DNA of 64,000 nucleotides from the human T2T-CHM13v2.0 reference genome, Homo sapiens. Positions within the stretch are counted from its first letter, which is position 1, and each line of letters starts with the position of its first letter. Location of the stretch: NCBI RefSeq assembly GCF_009914755.1, contig NC_060926.1. One strand, given 5' to 3'. Position numbers and translations under genes: made by a program. Below, piece by piece: positions 1-25,325 of this stretch. Under the pieces are notes generated by a model, which saw nothing but the letters and a program-made list of their open reading frames with translations, made no database searches and was not told where the DNA came from.

Positions 1-351
1 TTGTGCGTGGCAGCGTCTGCAGCTCGGAGCTGGGGCTGGAGGAGCTGGCTGCAAATGGCCTCAAAATCCCGGAGCACAAGATGCCCACTGAGCCCAGCGC
101 CTGCCTGAGGTGCCTTTGACACCTGGTCCTCTTTGCTCTGCACCCAGAACACGAGGCCATCAGCGAGGGGGCATTTGGGGCCACAGGATCGCGGCCAGCT
201 CCTGCCCCGGTGCCCCCTGCCCGGTGTCCAAGCCAGGGCCAACAGCTATAGGGCTTCTGGCCTGGGGGGCTCTGCTCCACTGGCATGCAATAGGGTCAAG
301 GTGCAGACCGCTGTGTCCACGCCGGCAAGAGGGGGCTTGGAGGAGCAGTCA

Positions 352-909
<558 letters not shown>

Positions 910-939
910 CTAGACCTCTTAAGGACACCTCTGCCTTCC

Positions 940-2120
940 ACCTCACTCCTGAATCACCCACTTCTTCCTCTCTAGTCAGTTGTACAAACGTGCTTTTTCC
1001 TGGCCCATCTTTAAAACATCCTCTTCATGCTTCGCTCTCCAGCTGCATCCCATTTCTCTGTTCCCCTGTAGAGCAAAATGGCTCCAAAGCGTGGTCTCGT
1101 CTTACCTTGAACACCCCTCCTCCCTCTCGCTATGTGAGCTACTCCAGTTCAGCTCTCCACCTCTGCACTACCCTGAACCTGCTCCTGCCGGCAGCAATGG
1201 CCTATGGAGAAGTGCAGCCCCCAGCTGTAAGACAGGGGGCCTCCCTCCCTGCTGCTCCTCAGCACCCCCTGCACGTGGCTTCCTGGACCACTCCTCTCCC
1301 GCTCCAAGGCCCCTCCTCCGCGCACATTTCGGGACTCCTGGCTGCCCAAGGCCGCTCTTCTGTTTTCTGTCCACACCTGCTCCCTGGGGTTGCATTTATT
1401 CCCGCAGCTCCAAATGCCACCTGCCTGCTCATCGCGCCCCGCCCAGGCCTCTCCCTCGCTAGGAGCGTCTCCTCCGTTTTTCCACTTGATGCTCATAGAC
1501 ACCACCTCTCGCCCTTCCTTCACAGTCAGCTCCAAACAAAACAGTCTCCGTTTCAGTTCATGGCTCCTCAGGACGGAAAACCCCGAGTCCTCCCCGTGTG
1601 CTCTTTCTCTCACACCCAGATCCAACCCAGCATTAATCCCTGCGACTCTTGCAAGCTTCCAGCCTCCACCGCCCTGACCTAGGCTCCGGGTCCCCTCGCA
1701 GCCGCCTCCACCCTGCGCCCTGCGGTTCATGCTCCACACAGGCTCAAAAGTCAGATCGCGCCTCCCTGGCTCCACCAGAGAGCAGGCCTGCGAGGCCTAC
1801 AGCAGGGGCCAGCACTCCCTGCTCCTTCCTGGGCCCAGCGCACTCTTTGCAGGCATCCTGGCTCCCTCAGCAGAGGAGGTCTTGCCAGAGTGTCACTTTC
1901 TCTGTGAAACACTCCAAATGTCCCTTTATGCCCTCATTTTTTTACTCTCCATAGCATTTTTCTTCCTCTAATATACTATTTACTTATGTTGTTTATTTTC
2001 TTTCTTCTCCTACCAGAATGTACTGGCCATAAAGGCAGAACTTTTTTTCCTGCTTTGTTTACCTTTGTATCCCTGGTAGCACAGACGTATTTAATATTTA
2101 ATTGTTGAGAGAATGAATGA
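940..2120 (+). mobile_element. Degraded L2 LINE 3' portion
   Basis: Pyrimidine-rich body ending TTGTTGAGAGAATGAATGAAT, typical of an L2 3' end. Confidence 0.55.
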
Positions 2121-2177
2121 ATATGCTCCCCCTATTTACCTATCACTCTGCTGCCCTGCAACGGGCCCTCAGCTTCC

Positions 2178-2630
2178 TGCTAACAAAGATTCTCTGCTTG
2201 GCCAAAGGGTAGTCCAGCTCCCGAACCTCCTCCTACGTCCATCTGTGCACGTCCTGGTAAAATCCAGTTTCACCAAGAACCTTGGTAAGTCAGTTTAGCA
2301 AGAAGCCCCTACCCTCAATACCTCATCGCCCTCCATATCTGATGAGGCTCCTCATCCTCCATCGTCCCCAAGGTGAAGTCTGACCACCATGGCCTGTCGT
2401 CAGCAAGAATCCTATTGGGCCAGATTAGCCAGAGTCCTTTAACTCTGAATCACCTTTTAGTCATTTTCCACCCACTGCCCCCAACCCTGCTCCTTGGTTA
2501 TCAGCTCCCCCTCGCCCATGCTGTATTTGAGTTGAACCTGATCTATCTCGATCCACCTATACCTACCTCAATGGTCTGGAATAAAGTCCACCTGCCATGC
2601 TAGTAACGTTGAGTAATTTTTCTTTAACAC
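2178..2630 (+). mobile_element. ERV1-class solo LTR (MER65/MER39-like)
   Basis: AAAGATTCTCTGCTTGGCCAAA...GTCAGTTTAGCAAGAA...AATAAA...TTTAACA; subfamily uncertain. Confidence 0.6.
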
Positions 2631-3114
2631 TGCTCATGCTGACCTTATACCTGCTGACCTCAGCCCCTCTCTCCACCACTCTGTGTCCTCCACCCAGTTT
2701 TGCTGGCTCTTCCAAGCAGACAATGTCCTCCCTGCTTTCTGTTTCCACAGTCTTTCCTCCGCATCTCTTCTTGGACACTAATGATTGATGTGTTCATCTC
2801 CCCTCCCTTCCACACTAAGCTTAGCCCCACAGCCTCTTGTCTAAGACTAGCTGAAGTAGTGCTTGAAGAAACCAGCTCTGAGAGGTTAAACGGTCTGCCA
2901 AAACCAGTGAGGTCCCTACCTCTGTGCATTCACACCTGCCACCTCTGGAAAGAGACCTGGCACTGCACCCTGCTGAGGCTGCCCAGCTACCCTGAGCCCT
3001 TGCCCAATGCCACCAACAGTGAATCTGCATCAGAGACACTGGACTGAACCCTAGCTTTTGGCGATTTGCTAAGTTAGAGAAATCACGTGTTTAGCATTGA
3101 ACCCAAGCAGCACC

Positions 3115-3512
3115 TGTCTTAGTCTGTTATATGCTGTTTATAGCAGAAAACGTGAAACTGGGTAATTGATAAAGAAAAGAAATTTTCATTTCTCTCCCAA
3201 GGTCGAGGGAGCACATCTGGTGAGGAACTTCTTGCTGGTGAGGACTCTGCAGAGTCCCAAGGCAGTGTAGGACAGTCCATGGCAAGGAGGTGGAGCATGC
3301 TGATGCTACCTCTTCTTCTTCTTCCTTTAAAGCCTTCAGTCCCATTGATATCATAATGCACTAATCCATTAACTCATGGTGGATGAGTCCATTCGTGAGA
3401 ATGAAGCCCTCAGGACCCAATCGCCACTTAAAGAACCCAACTTCTCACACTGCCACACTGGGGATTCAGTTTCAGCAGGAGTTTCAGACAGGACAAACAC
3501 TGCTATCATAGC
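3115..3512 (-). mobile_element. MST-type MaLR LTR
   Basis: TGTCTTAGTCTG...AAACTGGGTAATTGATAAAGAAAAG...CATAGC, characteristic MaLR termini. Confidence 0.7.
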
Positions 3513-4029
3513 CACCCCTCTTCTCATGCCACCCAGGCTGGGACCCCAGCCTACCCTGCAACTTAGCCACAGGGCACAAGCCCCAAGGCCTCCTACCCCC
3601 TGCCACATTCAGGAGTCCCACCCAGTCTTCCTGAAAGGCTCCCACTCTTCCTTCTTCTTTCCAGCCAGAATGGCCGTAAATCACACACCCCTCCTTCCTG
3701 TTCAAATCAGGTACCCCTCCTTCCGTCTCCCAGCATGTGACCTCTATCACACCTCACACTGGAGCTGGCAGAGGGAAGGTGCTTTCTTCTTAACTTAGTG
3801 AGCCAGGGCCTGAGCAGGCTCTCAGGAGTGCTGGTGACTGAATTAGGAGGGTGGGAGCGTGCAGCAATGTCAACAGAGGTGCACCTGCTGGAGAGATTTC
3901 AGGAAATCCCTAAGCAGCTATTGTTCATAAACAGTTGTGTGACAATAGTTATTTGCAGCTCAAACACAAAGTCAACAATTAATAAACTATGTGGCATGAG
4001 GGGATTGTTGTCTTTGTGAAAATAGGAAG

Positions 4030-4472
4030 CTTATTTTTTCATTTGTACACATTCATGGGGTACATGTGCAATTTTGTTACATGCATGGATTGCATAGTGG
4101 CCAAGTTGGGGCTTTTAGGATATCCGTCACCAGAATAATGTACATTGCACCCATTAACCAATTTCTCCTCCTCCTCCTCCCTGCCACCCCTTCACCCTTT
4201 GTCTCCATTGTCTCTCATCTTACTTTCAGCATACATATTTTTTAGCTCCCAATTATGAGTGAGCACATGCAATGTTTGTCTTTCTATGCCTGGCTTATTT
4301 CACTTAAGAACTTAAGATAATGGCTTCCATTTCCATCCAGGTTGCTGCAAAAGACATGATTTCGTTCTTTTTATGGCTGAATAGTTTACCATTGTGTATA
4401 TATGGCACATTATCTTTATCCGTTTATCCAATGATGGACACCTTGGTCGATTCCTTATCTTTGCGATTGTGA
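4030..4472 (-). mobile_element. L1 3' fragment (L1MA/L1PB-type)
   Basis: GGGTACATGTGCAATTTTGTTACATG...TTCCATCCAGGTTGCTGCAAAAGACATGATTTC. Confidence 0.8.
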
Positions 4473-4665
4473 AGCTTTGACTTATTAATGAAGTGGCTTG
4501 AAATTCACCCAGGAAATTGCTGAGGTCTTATCAGAACTGAGTCCTTTGCTGGGTCTGCAGTCATTTGGATCAAGCATGACCTTATTCCCAGCAGGGTGGG
4601 CATTCAGAACTGCAGAGCTCTACTCCACACAGCCCCTCTGGGTCCCTTATTGGACCTGGGCCTGA

Positions 4666-5043
<378 letters not shown>

Positions 5044-5063
5044 ATTATTACTTTTTATCTTAA

Positions 5064-5426
<363 letters not shown>

Positions 5427-6900
5427 ATTTTATTAACTCTTAAATTGAGCTCAGTTCTCTATGTGAACTCAGTTGTCAATCATTAAAACTGGTAGGTTGG
5501 CTGTTTCAAGGCAAAATCTACTTCTTACTCCAAACTGGTTTCCTTTTCAAATTTAAACAGGGAGGAAGCCCCAGCCCAACTGGCTGGATCCCAGAGCTGC
5601 AGGTGACAACCCCCATGCACCCTCTGAGTCTCACTGTGAAATCCAGAACATTGGTGTGCAGTCTGGAGGGACTAGTGTTAAGCTCTTTATATATCAAGTG
5701 CTATCTATGAACAAATGAGGTTGATTCACAGAGTTTCATCAGCAGGGCATCATCCCCCAATAAAATACTAACTTTAAAGTTAATTCTTATTGTAGATCCA
5801 TATAGAAGTGCTTCATATGGAAAATTACCTTTTAAGGGGCCCCAAAGACATGTGGCTATACCAAGAACAAAATGCAGGTTAGCAAAGCCCTGCATCAATG
5901 TTTATAATTAAGTGGTTCTTATTATATTGAGGCAAAATCCAGACTTTTGCTTCATCAAATTTTAGAATAAATCAGCTTTAACAAGTAGAATTAAATGAGA
6001 TATAATCTAGTAAGAAGTTAGAAATTGAGAACAAAATCCAATAGAAAGGAAGATTGAGATATGAACTGAGGGGTTGATGGTGCTTACCGCTTGGGATTCT
6101 GAGGCAAAAACGCATCTCATCCCCAAATGGAATTTAGGCTGGATGGTCCAGGGTTCTGGAGCACTGTTGTTAATTCAGTTCCATCTAATACAGATTTGTG
6201 GGAACACAGCCTCATTTTTCAGACATCCTAAATATGAAAATATTCAGGAAGAAGATGTCATGATGTATGTAATTTACTTTAAAATTCTTCACTAAAAACA
6301 AAATAGCACATATGGCAAAACGAGTTTAATCTATGGGTGTGGCTAAGTCTCTGACAGGGCCCCAAAGAGTCCTTCCTGGCCTTCATGCCAATGTGCAACC
6401 TCCACCCTTAGAGTGGCCCTGGACTCACCTCTAACAGACAGCAGGTCACAAAAGGCGGGGACTCCCACTCTCTCACCCTCTCCCTCCTACCCTAGGGGAG
6501 GCCATATGTGCTGGTGCAGGGGAGAGGCCACCAGGCTGGAAGTGGAGGGTGTAGGGGCTGGGTGGAGGAAAGGGCAGGAAAGACCCTTCCAAGCCCAAAT
6601 GCTTCTGGTCAAAGCACTCAGGCACTGCAGGGTCCTGGCTGTTTCCTGAATGCCACCCAGTTGAAAGGGAAGCTCCTGAGGGAGGGTGCTTCTCTGTGTC
6701 CCAGTCCTCAGGGCTCTGCAGCAGCACTGGCACTGCCATGGGAAGATAAAATGGTCTTGATGCCTGACCCAGCTCTGAGCCCAGAGGTGAGGACAGGCTG
6801 ATTCCCCTCCTTGAGCCTGCACTCCCAGGAGGGCCCCTGCACGCCAGGCCTGTCCTTCAGCACGTGACTGCCTGCCTCCCTGAAAGATCCAATCTCTCTC

Positions 6901-7311
6901 TTTTTTTTTTGAGACAGAGTCTCACTCTGTCACCCAGGCTGGAGTGCAGTGGCACAATCTCAGCTCACTGCAACCTCCGCCTCCCAGATTCATGTGATTC
7001 ATTGCTTTTGTTTGTTTGTTTGTTTCTTGAGACAGAGTCTCACTCTGTTACCCAGGCTGGAGTGCAGTGGCGCAATCTCAGCTCACTGCAACCCCGCCTC
7101 CCGGGTTCAAGTAATTCTCCTGCCTCAGCCTCCCAAGTAGCTGGGACTACAGGCACCCACCACCATGCCTGGCTAATTTTTGTACTTTTTTTTTAGTAGA
7201 GACAGGGTTTCACCATGTTAGCCAAAATGGTCTCCATCTCCTGACTTCGTGATCCACCCGCCTCAGCCTCCCAAAGTGTTGGGATTACTGGTGTGAGCCA
7301 CCGTGCCCGGC
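6901..7311 (-). mobile_element. Partial Alu (6901-6998) plus full Alu (7005-7311)
   Basis: Two tandem Alu right-arm 3' ends. Confidence 0.85.
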
Positions 7312-7864
7312 CCCCATCTCTCTCTTAAAGTGCATTATTTTCAGCTTCCATTTTTACTTCAGGGAATTTTTGCTTTCTGCACCATGTTTTGTTCAAGTAC
7401 ATCTTTTCTGGCAGGTATTTTGTATGATTTAGAGACTAAAAGCATTGCTAATTATGCTAAATAAAAATTGGTATAATTAATAAAGGTCCTTATCTGAGCA
7501 TAGCATCATCTGGAAAATGAAGTTTGGTCCTGGAGCCCGACTGCTTGCGGAGGTGATGTTCTGTCCAGCATGGTCACTGCCTGGAGGCCAAAATGAGCAT
7601 CTCAGACTGTGCTGGGCTTTCTGAAGGGCCACACAACAGTTCAGATTCACCATTTGATTTAAAGGAACATCAGCCGGACTCACGCCATTGCCTTTGAGGA
7701 CTGTCTACAGGGTCCCCCCGTGAATGAAAATGTCTGTGTAAGGACCCTGCGTAAAAGATGCTCTCTGTAATTCTAGAAAGCCACCAGTACAAATGCACTC
7801 TAAATGCAGCAAAAATTACTAAATTACATAACACATAACAATCATGGAAAAACAAAAACCTGGT

Positions 7865-8280
7865 GTATCTGTCAGCTCGGGCTGCCCTAACCAAATGCCG
7901 CAGGCTGGGAGGCCTAACCCACAGAGACATTTCCTCTCACAGTTCTGGAGGCTGGAAGTCTGAAATCAAGGCGTCACCAGATTTGGGTTCCCCGGAGTCC
8001 TCCTTTATCGGTATGTGGATAGCTACCATCTCACTGTGCTCTTCCAAAAGGTAGAAAAACCAAATATGCATCAACAGATGACAAACAGACAAAATGCGGT
8101 GGATGGGTGTTCGTGAAATATTATTCAGTCACAAAAGGAGTGAAGCTCTGATGTGCGCTACAGCACAGATGGACCTAAAAGACATTATGCTACGTGGCAT
8201 AGGCCGGACGCAAAAGGAAAATACTGCATGATTCCCCTCACATGCAATCTCTAGATGAGGAAAATGTGTGAGACAGAAAG
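7865..8280. mobile_element. MLT1 LTR fragment followed by an old L1M fragment
   Basis: CTCACAGTTCTGGAGGCTGGAAGTCTGAAATCAAGG (MLT1), then ACAGACAAAATGCGGTGG...TATTCAGTCACAAAAGGA (L1 3' UTR). Confidence 0.6.
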
Positions 8281-9412
8281 CAGCCCCACCCAAGAAGCCA
8301 GGAGGGTGGAGAAAGGTGTTTCTCACTCCCCACAGGTGCCGGGGACAGCCCACTTGGACAGCCATCGCTTTAAAGTCCTCCTCAGAGAATCCCTTCACAC
8401 CTAATTTGTTGCAGAGCATTTTCCTTCATGATGGATGTGCTGAGAACATTGACGGGGCCTCCAGTCCTGGCACGGGGTTCCGGTCCCACACACTCTATGA
8501 GCCAGAACATTCCTCTGGAGTTTTGACGGGTGGGTCGGCTCCAGCCTTATCTGTTCACAGCTGATAAGGAGAAAAGAGGCCCTTTCCTGGCAGGGACCCA
8601 CCTCCTCCCTTCCAGTGCTCCCAGGCAACCCTTCCAGCTGGGCCTCTTGATGGCAAACAGGGCAGCGCCTCTGCAGTAAAATGCAAAACCCTTTTATAAG
8701 ACCTTTGAGTCAATGCGGCAACCTGGGACCGCTTTGTGTGGAGAGCAAGTGACAGTTTGGCGAAAATAGGTCATCAGAAGCTTTATTGCCTGGCCATCAG
8801 CCCTTCTCCTCAGAGCCGACTGCAGAGCTTAAGCAAACAGCTTAAGCACGTCGCACTGCTATTTCTTGCTTCTCAGTTCTGTCTTGCTGGCAAGACGTTT
8901 TTTTTTCCTAGTTTCCACTTATAAAGTGCAGATTTTCAAAATCTTACTCTACATATGAAATGTCATGATGTATTGGAGTTTTTAAAACTTCAAGAAAAAA
9001 GTTAGGGAGGAAACAAATGAAATAAAATTGGCAAAGGCTGATACTTAATTGTTGAACCTGGGTTTATTGGCTCATTCTACCAGCCTTTGTGTATGTTTGG
9101 AAATGTCCACTAAGGTAAAATTTAATAAATAAACTGTGGGGGAAAGTTAGATTTTAGAGGCTGCTTTTAAAGCTTTACTATTGTCAGAGAGGTTTGGTTT
9201 CAATATCACTCTGTAAAATGAACAGTTTTAAAACTTATTTATACAAAAAATACAATCATCTAGCTTATATACATCTTCATTTTAGTATACAAACAATTTA
9301 GCTCATGCAAAAGATTCTATTAACTTAAAGTCATAAAATGTACTTACTTTTACATATAATTAAATGATGCAATTAACCAGTAGTAACCACTGAGTTTAAA
9401 AGTGTATTTTTC

Positions 9413-10005
<593 letters not shown>

Positions 10006-11346
10006 CAAAATTAACAAGGTGTTTGTCTCATGACTTACAGCACTTACAGATGCTTGATGAAGTCCTGGGGCACCTTCCTCCATGTGCTCTGCCCACTCGG
10101 GTCTGCTGGCCTTGACCTGGTCCTTGCAGCCCACAGGACCCATTGCTGGGAGGCCCCCCAGGGTAGCCCGGTCCTCCAATTTCCTATTGCTTTATTTAAC
10201 AGCCTCTTTAATAAACCTCACACGTAAAGATGTAAGAAATTAAATCACCATTAAAGACTATTTCAGCCTTGGAGGAAGAATACTATTTTTAGAAATGAGT
10301 TTTTATATTAAAATCACAGAACAATTTGCAACACTGGGTTGCAAAGTGTCTTCTTTAGTGCTGATAAAAGGGGCTCAGTCCCTATTCTGGTAGTTAGAAA
10401 AGCAGATTTAGAAGGTGCTAGAAAATACCCCAAATCACTCCTTCCTTGGGTTCCGTTTGGATTCAGCAGGCTCCTCTGGCGATGGGCGGGCGCCGCAGTT
10501 GCGCCTGTGCTCCTAAGGGCTCGCCTTAAATACCTGTGGGTATCTCCTCATCATATCGGTGCCATTCATGTTTCTCAGAGATCTAACTGCCAAAGGACTT
10601 AAACTCTCTAAGCCTCCCTTTCTCTCTTTTCACGTGGGGGATAATAATAGTGCCTACCCTAGAGGGTCCTATAGTAAATGGGGGCAGTGCCCCTCCCCCA
10701 CTTGCTGGGCACAGAGAAGAGGCTCCATCTGCAGAGTAAGGGGGCCTCTCTTAAAGCAGGGGTGACGTGCTTTCCCTTATCCTCGTGTTCCCCACTCAGG
10801 GCGGCTGGGACCCCAGGCTGTTGCCTGTGCCCCACACAGGAGCTCCCTCTCCCACAGGGCCCCTCACCATCTCCCAGTACAAGTAGTATGCAGTAGAAAA
10901 TCTCCACCTTCCTGTGAAAGCTTTTTGTTCATGTTGGGATTTTTTTTTTTTTCCAGTGAGAAAATGGCTCGTCACCTTGGATACCAATGTTTTACATCAG
11001 GGATTGGTCACTCCTGCTGCTGTCAGCACTGTAAACACTGCTGGGGGGAGTCAGCCCAAGTCCCCACCCCCCAGCCAGGTCTCATAGAGGGAATTGTTCT
11101 TCAGGCTCGGAGGGGCCTGCCTGTCACTGCGCCCCCGACCCTAGCTCAGGGACTGCAGAACTCAAGATACCATCCCGTTTCTCCTGGCTGAGGAAGGGAA
11201 GGGAACATCCACATCTTCTGTACTCGTCCATTCTGTGTCCCCGGGGCCTGGAGTAAAGACACCTTCAAATGCAGAGACTCTTCAGATTCAGCTTTCCTGG
11301 AAACTGATCTTCAATGCACTAAGAGAAGGAGACTCTCAAACCAAAA

Positions 11347-17757
<6,411 letters not shown>

Positions 17758-17831
17758 TTTTCTATGTTGTAAATAATAGATGTGTTTAGTTTACCGTAAG
17801 CTGAAGCACTGGGTGAATATTTTTATTGGGT

Positions 17832-17837
17832 AATAAA
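17832..17837 (+). terminator. Polyadenylation signal AATAAA of the Cryptic gene
   Basis: Canonical hexamer 75 nt after the stop codon, in an AT-rich 3' UTR. Confidence 0.75.
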
Positions 17838-18556
17838 TATTTTCATGAAAGCGCCTTTGGCTCCAGATCCTTGGGAGAGGGACACGTGTGTCCCCAGCAC
17901 CACTGTGACCGGTAGGTAGAGACAGCAGAACAACAGCGAGAAGGAGCCAAAGCTGGAGCCAGAAAGCCTGGCACCGCCACCTTCCCCTGACAGTTAGCAC
18001 CTTCCTTTCACAACATCTCCCTTAAGGGGGAAGCGTCTGCTGTGGAACCCACCGCAAGGCAACGCAGGCAGAGTTCAGCCTGAAGAGCGCCAGGCCAGCC
18101 TCCTCTGTCTTCCGAGCACCGCTTCTCAGGTCGCTTCCCAATCTGAGGAGGCTGTCGTGTCCACAACCAGTCCAGGGGGATGTGCGCCACTAGCTGAGGA
18201 CGCCAGGCCCGGCGACACCACAAAGGCTTGGCCATGCGGAATGTGCCCTCAAGAGCACACACTTCGGGTAGAGGGCACTTGCATTGAGCTCTTCAGCTTT
18301 TTAAATCCACTGTAGTTCATGAGCCTGTGTGACATAATTACTTTTACATTTTATATTGTCAATTAGTTTATTGGCATTTTCAATCTTTTCAACTATTGGC
18401 TATGAAAATATGAATTTAACGTAACATTCAAATGAGTATTAAAGAAAAATAAAGTAGAACTTCATTAGAGGGCTGGCTTGGAGTTCATTGGTTCATGAGA
18501 AAAATAATTATTCAAGTATTGAGACATAAATATTTCTAGGCATTAATATTTTTTGA

Positions 18557-18852
18557 GACCCGGCGCGGGGGCTCACGCCTGTAATCTCAGCACTTTGGGA
18601 GGCCGAGGTGGGCGGATCACGAGGTCAGGAGATCGAGACCATCCTGGCTAACACGGTGAAACCCCGTCTCTACTAAAAATACAAAAAAAAAAAAAAAATT
18701 AGCTGGGCGTGGTGGCGGGCGCCTGTAGTCCTAGCTACTTGGGAGGCTGAGGCAGAATGGTGTGAGTGAACCCGGGAAGCGCAGCTCGCAGTGAGCCGAG
18801 ATTGCGCCACTGCACTCCAGCCTGGGCGACAGAGCGAGACTCCGTCTCAAAA
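18557..18852 (+). mobile_element. Alu (AluY-like)
   Basis: GATCACGAGGTCAGGAGATCGAGACCATCCTGGCTAACACGG. Confidence 0.9.
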
Positions 18853-20370
18853 ATATATATATATTTATACCAAAGTTGTTTCAAGTGTGTTCTGAGCAGT
18901 ACCTTTCCTTATTTCAGTTTATTGTAGGAATCAACAAGTGATGAACTTTGCAAATTAGCCTAAGAGCTTGATGAATATGTATATGCTATTCATAAAATTT
19001 GTGTTTACAAAATGCCTATTTTTTACAACACTGGCAGGCAAAAAAGACACTGCCTTATTTTCAGTAGGTGCACTTAGGAAATGGAACTTGAGAGGTCACA
19101 GTTGTGGTTAAAAGGAAAACTGAGAACTGTTCAATATTAGTATGAATAGGGTATAAATACGTTTTAATTAGAAAATTAGAAATCAGGCTCTATGGATTTC
19201 TCTACTAGAATACTAGAATGGATCCTTCTAGTGGAATGATTCTTGATTATAAGCAAGAAAGCCAAAGTTACCATTTATCTGTCTACTAACTGAGAAGCCC
19301 TTAAGTACCTAGCTCTGAAAAGACAAGGAGAATTTGAAGATAAAAGGCATTTTCTTTTGGCAGCCCAGGCGTCCAGGGAGACAGTTAAAAAGGAGAAACT
19401 TCTCAGGAGAGAAAAGAGCAATGCTGGGCTCATGGCTGTTAGCTTCACATAAATGTGTCCCAGATCTTATCTGTCCCCCGCAGTCGAGGAGGAGAGATAG
19501 AGAAATCCCCCTAGGCCACTATCTGCCAGCACCCCTTGCTGGGAAGAGCCTGTTCACACCTCTGGCTTTGCTCACCCGGATGGAGGGAGGGCATCTCCCT
19601 TCCCAGAGCAGTCCCCAGCTGTGTCCATTCTGCAGTGTTTATAGAAGCTGCCCTTTCCTTGCCAGCTTAGCCCTGGCTCAGTCATCCCCCACACATCCCA
19701 GAAGAGCAAAATCTGTCCTCACATCCCCTCTCCGAGGGAGCCACTCACCAGCGACACTGGGAGGAGACGCAGGGGATGCATAAGGACTTGTACCAGCACA
19801 GGGCTGGTATGTTCAGCCCATTCCTATGTTGGGGTTTAACTTCGGAGCCCCAGCGAATGCCTGCCGGCTGAGGGGCACTCTTGTTCCTTTCAGCCACATC
19901 ACAATTTCCCCACTCTAGCCTAGAACCAAATCGACTCTTCTGGCTGTGAGCGTTCAAAAGCAGTCTCTGGATATTTTCCCAGTTTCCATTGTCTGCAAAG
20001 CCACTCTGGCACATACAGCCATACATCACACCACAAAAGTTTCTGGGAGTGACTTTTCCACAGAATTCAGTTTTGAGTATTTAAAATTAAGTTTGATAAG
20101 CTTTCTATGCGCAGGCACTTATCTCACTTGGACTGTCTGTTATAGGGAAAGGAAAACAAGGGGCTGTGTCTCCCATGGTTACAGCTGCTCGACTCACATT
20201 GATCTGGCCAGCACCTGGACCCCTTCAGAACCCCAGCACAGTACTAAGGAAGTTTGTGGCCACAGAGCTAGCTGGATCCCCAGGAGCTGAGTGCTGCCAA
20301 GTGAGTGGGGCCCTAGGCTGGGAAATGTCTGCAGTACTCCCAGGGGAAGGATGTGCTGCTCAGTGTGTAA

Positions 20371-20742
<372 letters not shown>

Positions 20743-21941
20743 GATATCACTTTATTATAAGTTTTACTGATATAAAGTACATTATAGCACAGAATTTCAA
20801 GTAACAACAAAATATACAGTACTCTTTACTCCATGTAGCCTATATGCTTTTGTTGATTTTTATCAGATCTTCTATCTGTACTCAAACCTATGGTTGTGAT
20901 GCAACCATGATTTGACAAGTGGAGTTGCATCCCAACTCACTGACTCTCCAACAAATTTATTGTCATTAAATCTGAAATGTGATCTACTGTAGAACTATGT
21001 CTAATCCTTATACAAATTATGTTAATTACCTGAAACAGCTAAACTCTGGCACTACATATGTGAGAACATTACTAGTTTGTTCGCGAGTGATTTATTTGCC
21101 GAGTCAGTTCGTTTTCAAATGAGATTCGTTTTAACCAGATATGGTAAGAATGCAGACCTGGAAATGATGTCAAGGAGGAAAAAGTGTGTATACTCACTTA
21201 GAAACAGGAGGCGTGTCATGCAGGGCCACATGGGGCAGCCCCAGGGTGGGCCGGGAGGCAGAGGGAGTGGGCACTGTGGGCAGGAGCCTGTACTGTGGCT
21301 TCTGTGGGAAGGAGTAGGTGAGGCAGGGGCAGATGGTGTAGGGTTGGCTAGTGAGTCATTTCTGCAGGCTTCAGGGCACAGGGGCTGTCCCTAGTTGCCT
21401 GGTACATTTTCCCCTTGCTCCCTTTGCTTCCTGACCAACCCTGGTGCCTCTCCATGTGGCCCTGTGTGGGGTGGGGTGGACTGTCCTCCTGCCCTATGAA
21501 TATAATAAACTATCTTTTCATCATTTCCATGTCTGCATTCTTGTCCTACCTAAATAACAATAAAACCCACATTTAAAAACAAATAGGCAAGAGCTGTTCA
21601 CACCATTAGAACCGCCATGGACTAAGGAGCCACTGAGGCCTTGCTTCTGGGCTGTCCTTGCTAAAGCTCCCCTGATGCTGGTGGGGTGACTTTCTGTCTC
21701 GTTGGCGGGGCACACCCCAGAGCCGAGACGAGGATGATGAGTAACAAGCATCTGCTCGGACCCAGCATTGTGCTCAGCAGCCTGCTGCTGCCTCTGAGGT
21801 TTACTCTCTGGCAAGGACACCTCAGTAAACCTAGGGGGAAGTCTCATCACCACCCAGAACATGCTCACTGGGTTCTAAACGGACACACCCTGCTTCAGAA
21901 TCTGTCACGGAATCAATGACTTCATTTAATAATGAATCTCA

Positions 21942-22587
<646 letters not shown>

Positions 22588-22957
22588 CTCACCTCCAAGC
22601 AGACCTTTGTATTTTTCCCTCATGGCATGTGATAGATCATGATGAAAGAAAAGCCACCTTTACGGTCTTTGACTTATGTAGAAAACCCAGGCTTGAGGAG
22701 GTGGGAGAATTCAGCAGGTCCGGAAGCCAGCGAACAGGAAATCAGGGGGCTGCAGTTTGGCCCCTGGATTCCAACCCCCAGGCACCTTTTCTGCAGTCTA
22801 GGAGAGACTGTAAACCTCCACTACAAGTTTGACGTCAATTATCATTTTAACCCTTGTTCCTGAGCCTCCCTGTGTGGGGTGCTTGCCAGGCCTGAGACTT
22901 CAGTCATCCCAGAGTCTTTGCTCCCTCAGACACTTTTGGCATCAAATGAAAACTTCC

Positions 22958-23117
22958 AGCCAGGTACACAGTGGCTCACCCCTGTAATCACCACACTTTG
23001 GGAGGCTGAGGCAGGAGGATCACTGAGCCCTGGAGGTAGAGGCTGCAGTGAACTATATAATATGATGCCACCGCTGCACTCCAGCCTAAGCTACAGAGCA
23101 AGACCCTGTCTCAAAAA
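22958..23117 (+). mobile_element. Alu monomer (FRAM/FAM-like)
   Basis: Single-arm Alu sequence. Confidence 0.7.
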
Positions 23118-23746
23118 TTTTTAAATTAAAATTAAATAATATATTTTTTTTTAATAAAAGAAACTTCCCCCACTGCAGCATCACTCCAGCCCCTCTCTCA
23201 TTCCCATTGGTATTACAGGCGGCCTCAGTCAGCCCTCCCAGGATCTCAATAGCTGGAAGGCAGGACAGGGTTCCTGCCTTCTGCAGTCAGACCTCGGTGT
23301 AGCCACATCCGCCAAGTGCTGCTGAGAACCTCAGGAAAAAGGAGCCATTGGGCAGAGCTGGGGGAATCATCCTCCAAGTTTCACCATTTGGGGTCTAATA
23401 TTTTGCTTTAAACAATGTTGCCAAGAATAGGAAATGCCGTTATCGTGTGGAAAGTCTGTCTCTTTCACTCCTGCCCGCCATAATTCCTGTGTGGTGAGCA
23501 AGAAACACTATAATATGAAAATCGACATGAGGGTTTCTTCAGGGAAGAGCGTCAGGACCGCACATGGTCCTCTTCCTGCGCGGGAAGGCGCAGGCTGAGA
23601 AAAGCTCCGCAGGGGATGGGGGAGGGGGTGCCGCGCCCCACCCGAGTCCGCCCACTCTACCCGTTGAAATTCTTGCTGTGCTCTGCACACCTTTGCAAGG
23701 AAACCCGTCGAGGTTGTCATTTTGAGTAAATATAAATATAAAATGA

Positions 23747-25325
<1,579 letters not shown>

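Noticed and set aside
5540-5610. Possible 42-nt cassette exon (AAACAG|GGAGG...CTGCAG|GTGAC)
   Set aside because: Splice-like motifs alone are common, and there are no linked exons or coding signal.
19213-19233. Small hairpin ACTAGAA-TGGATCC-TTCTAGT
   Set aside because: A 7-bp stem is expected by chance in 64 kb.
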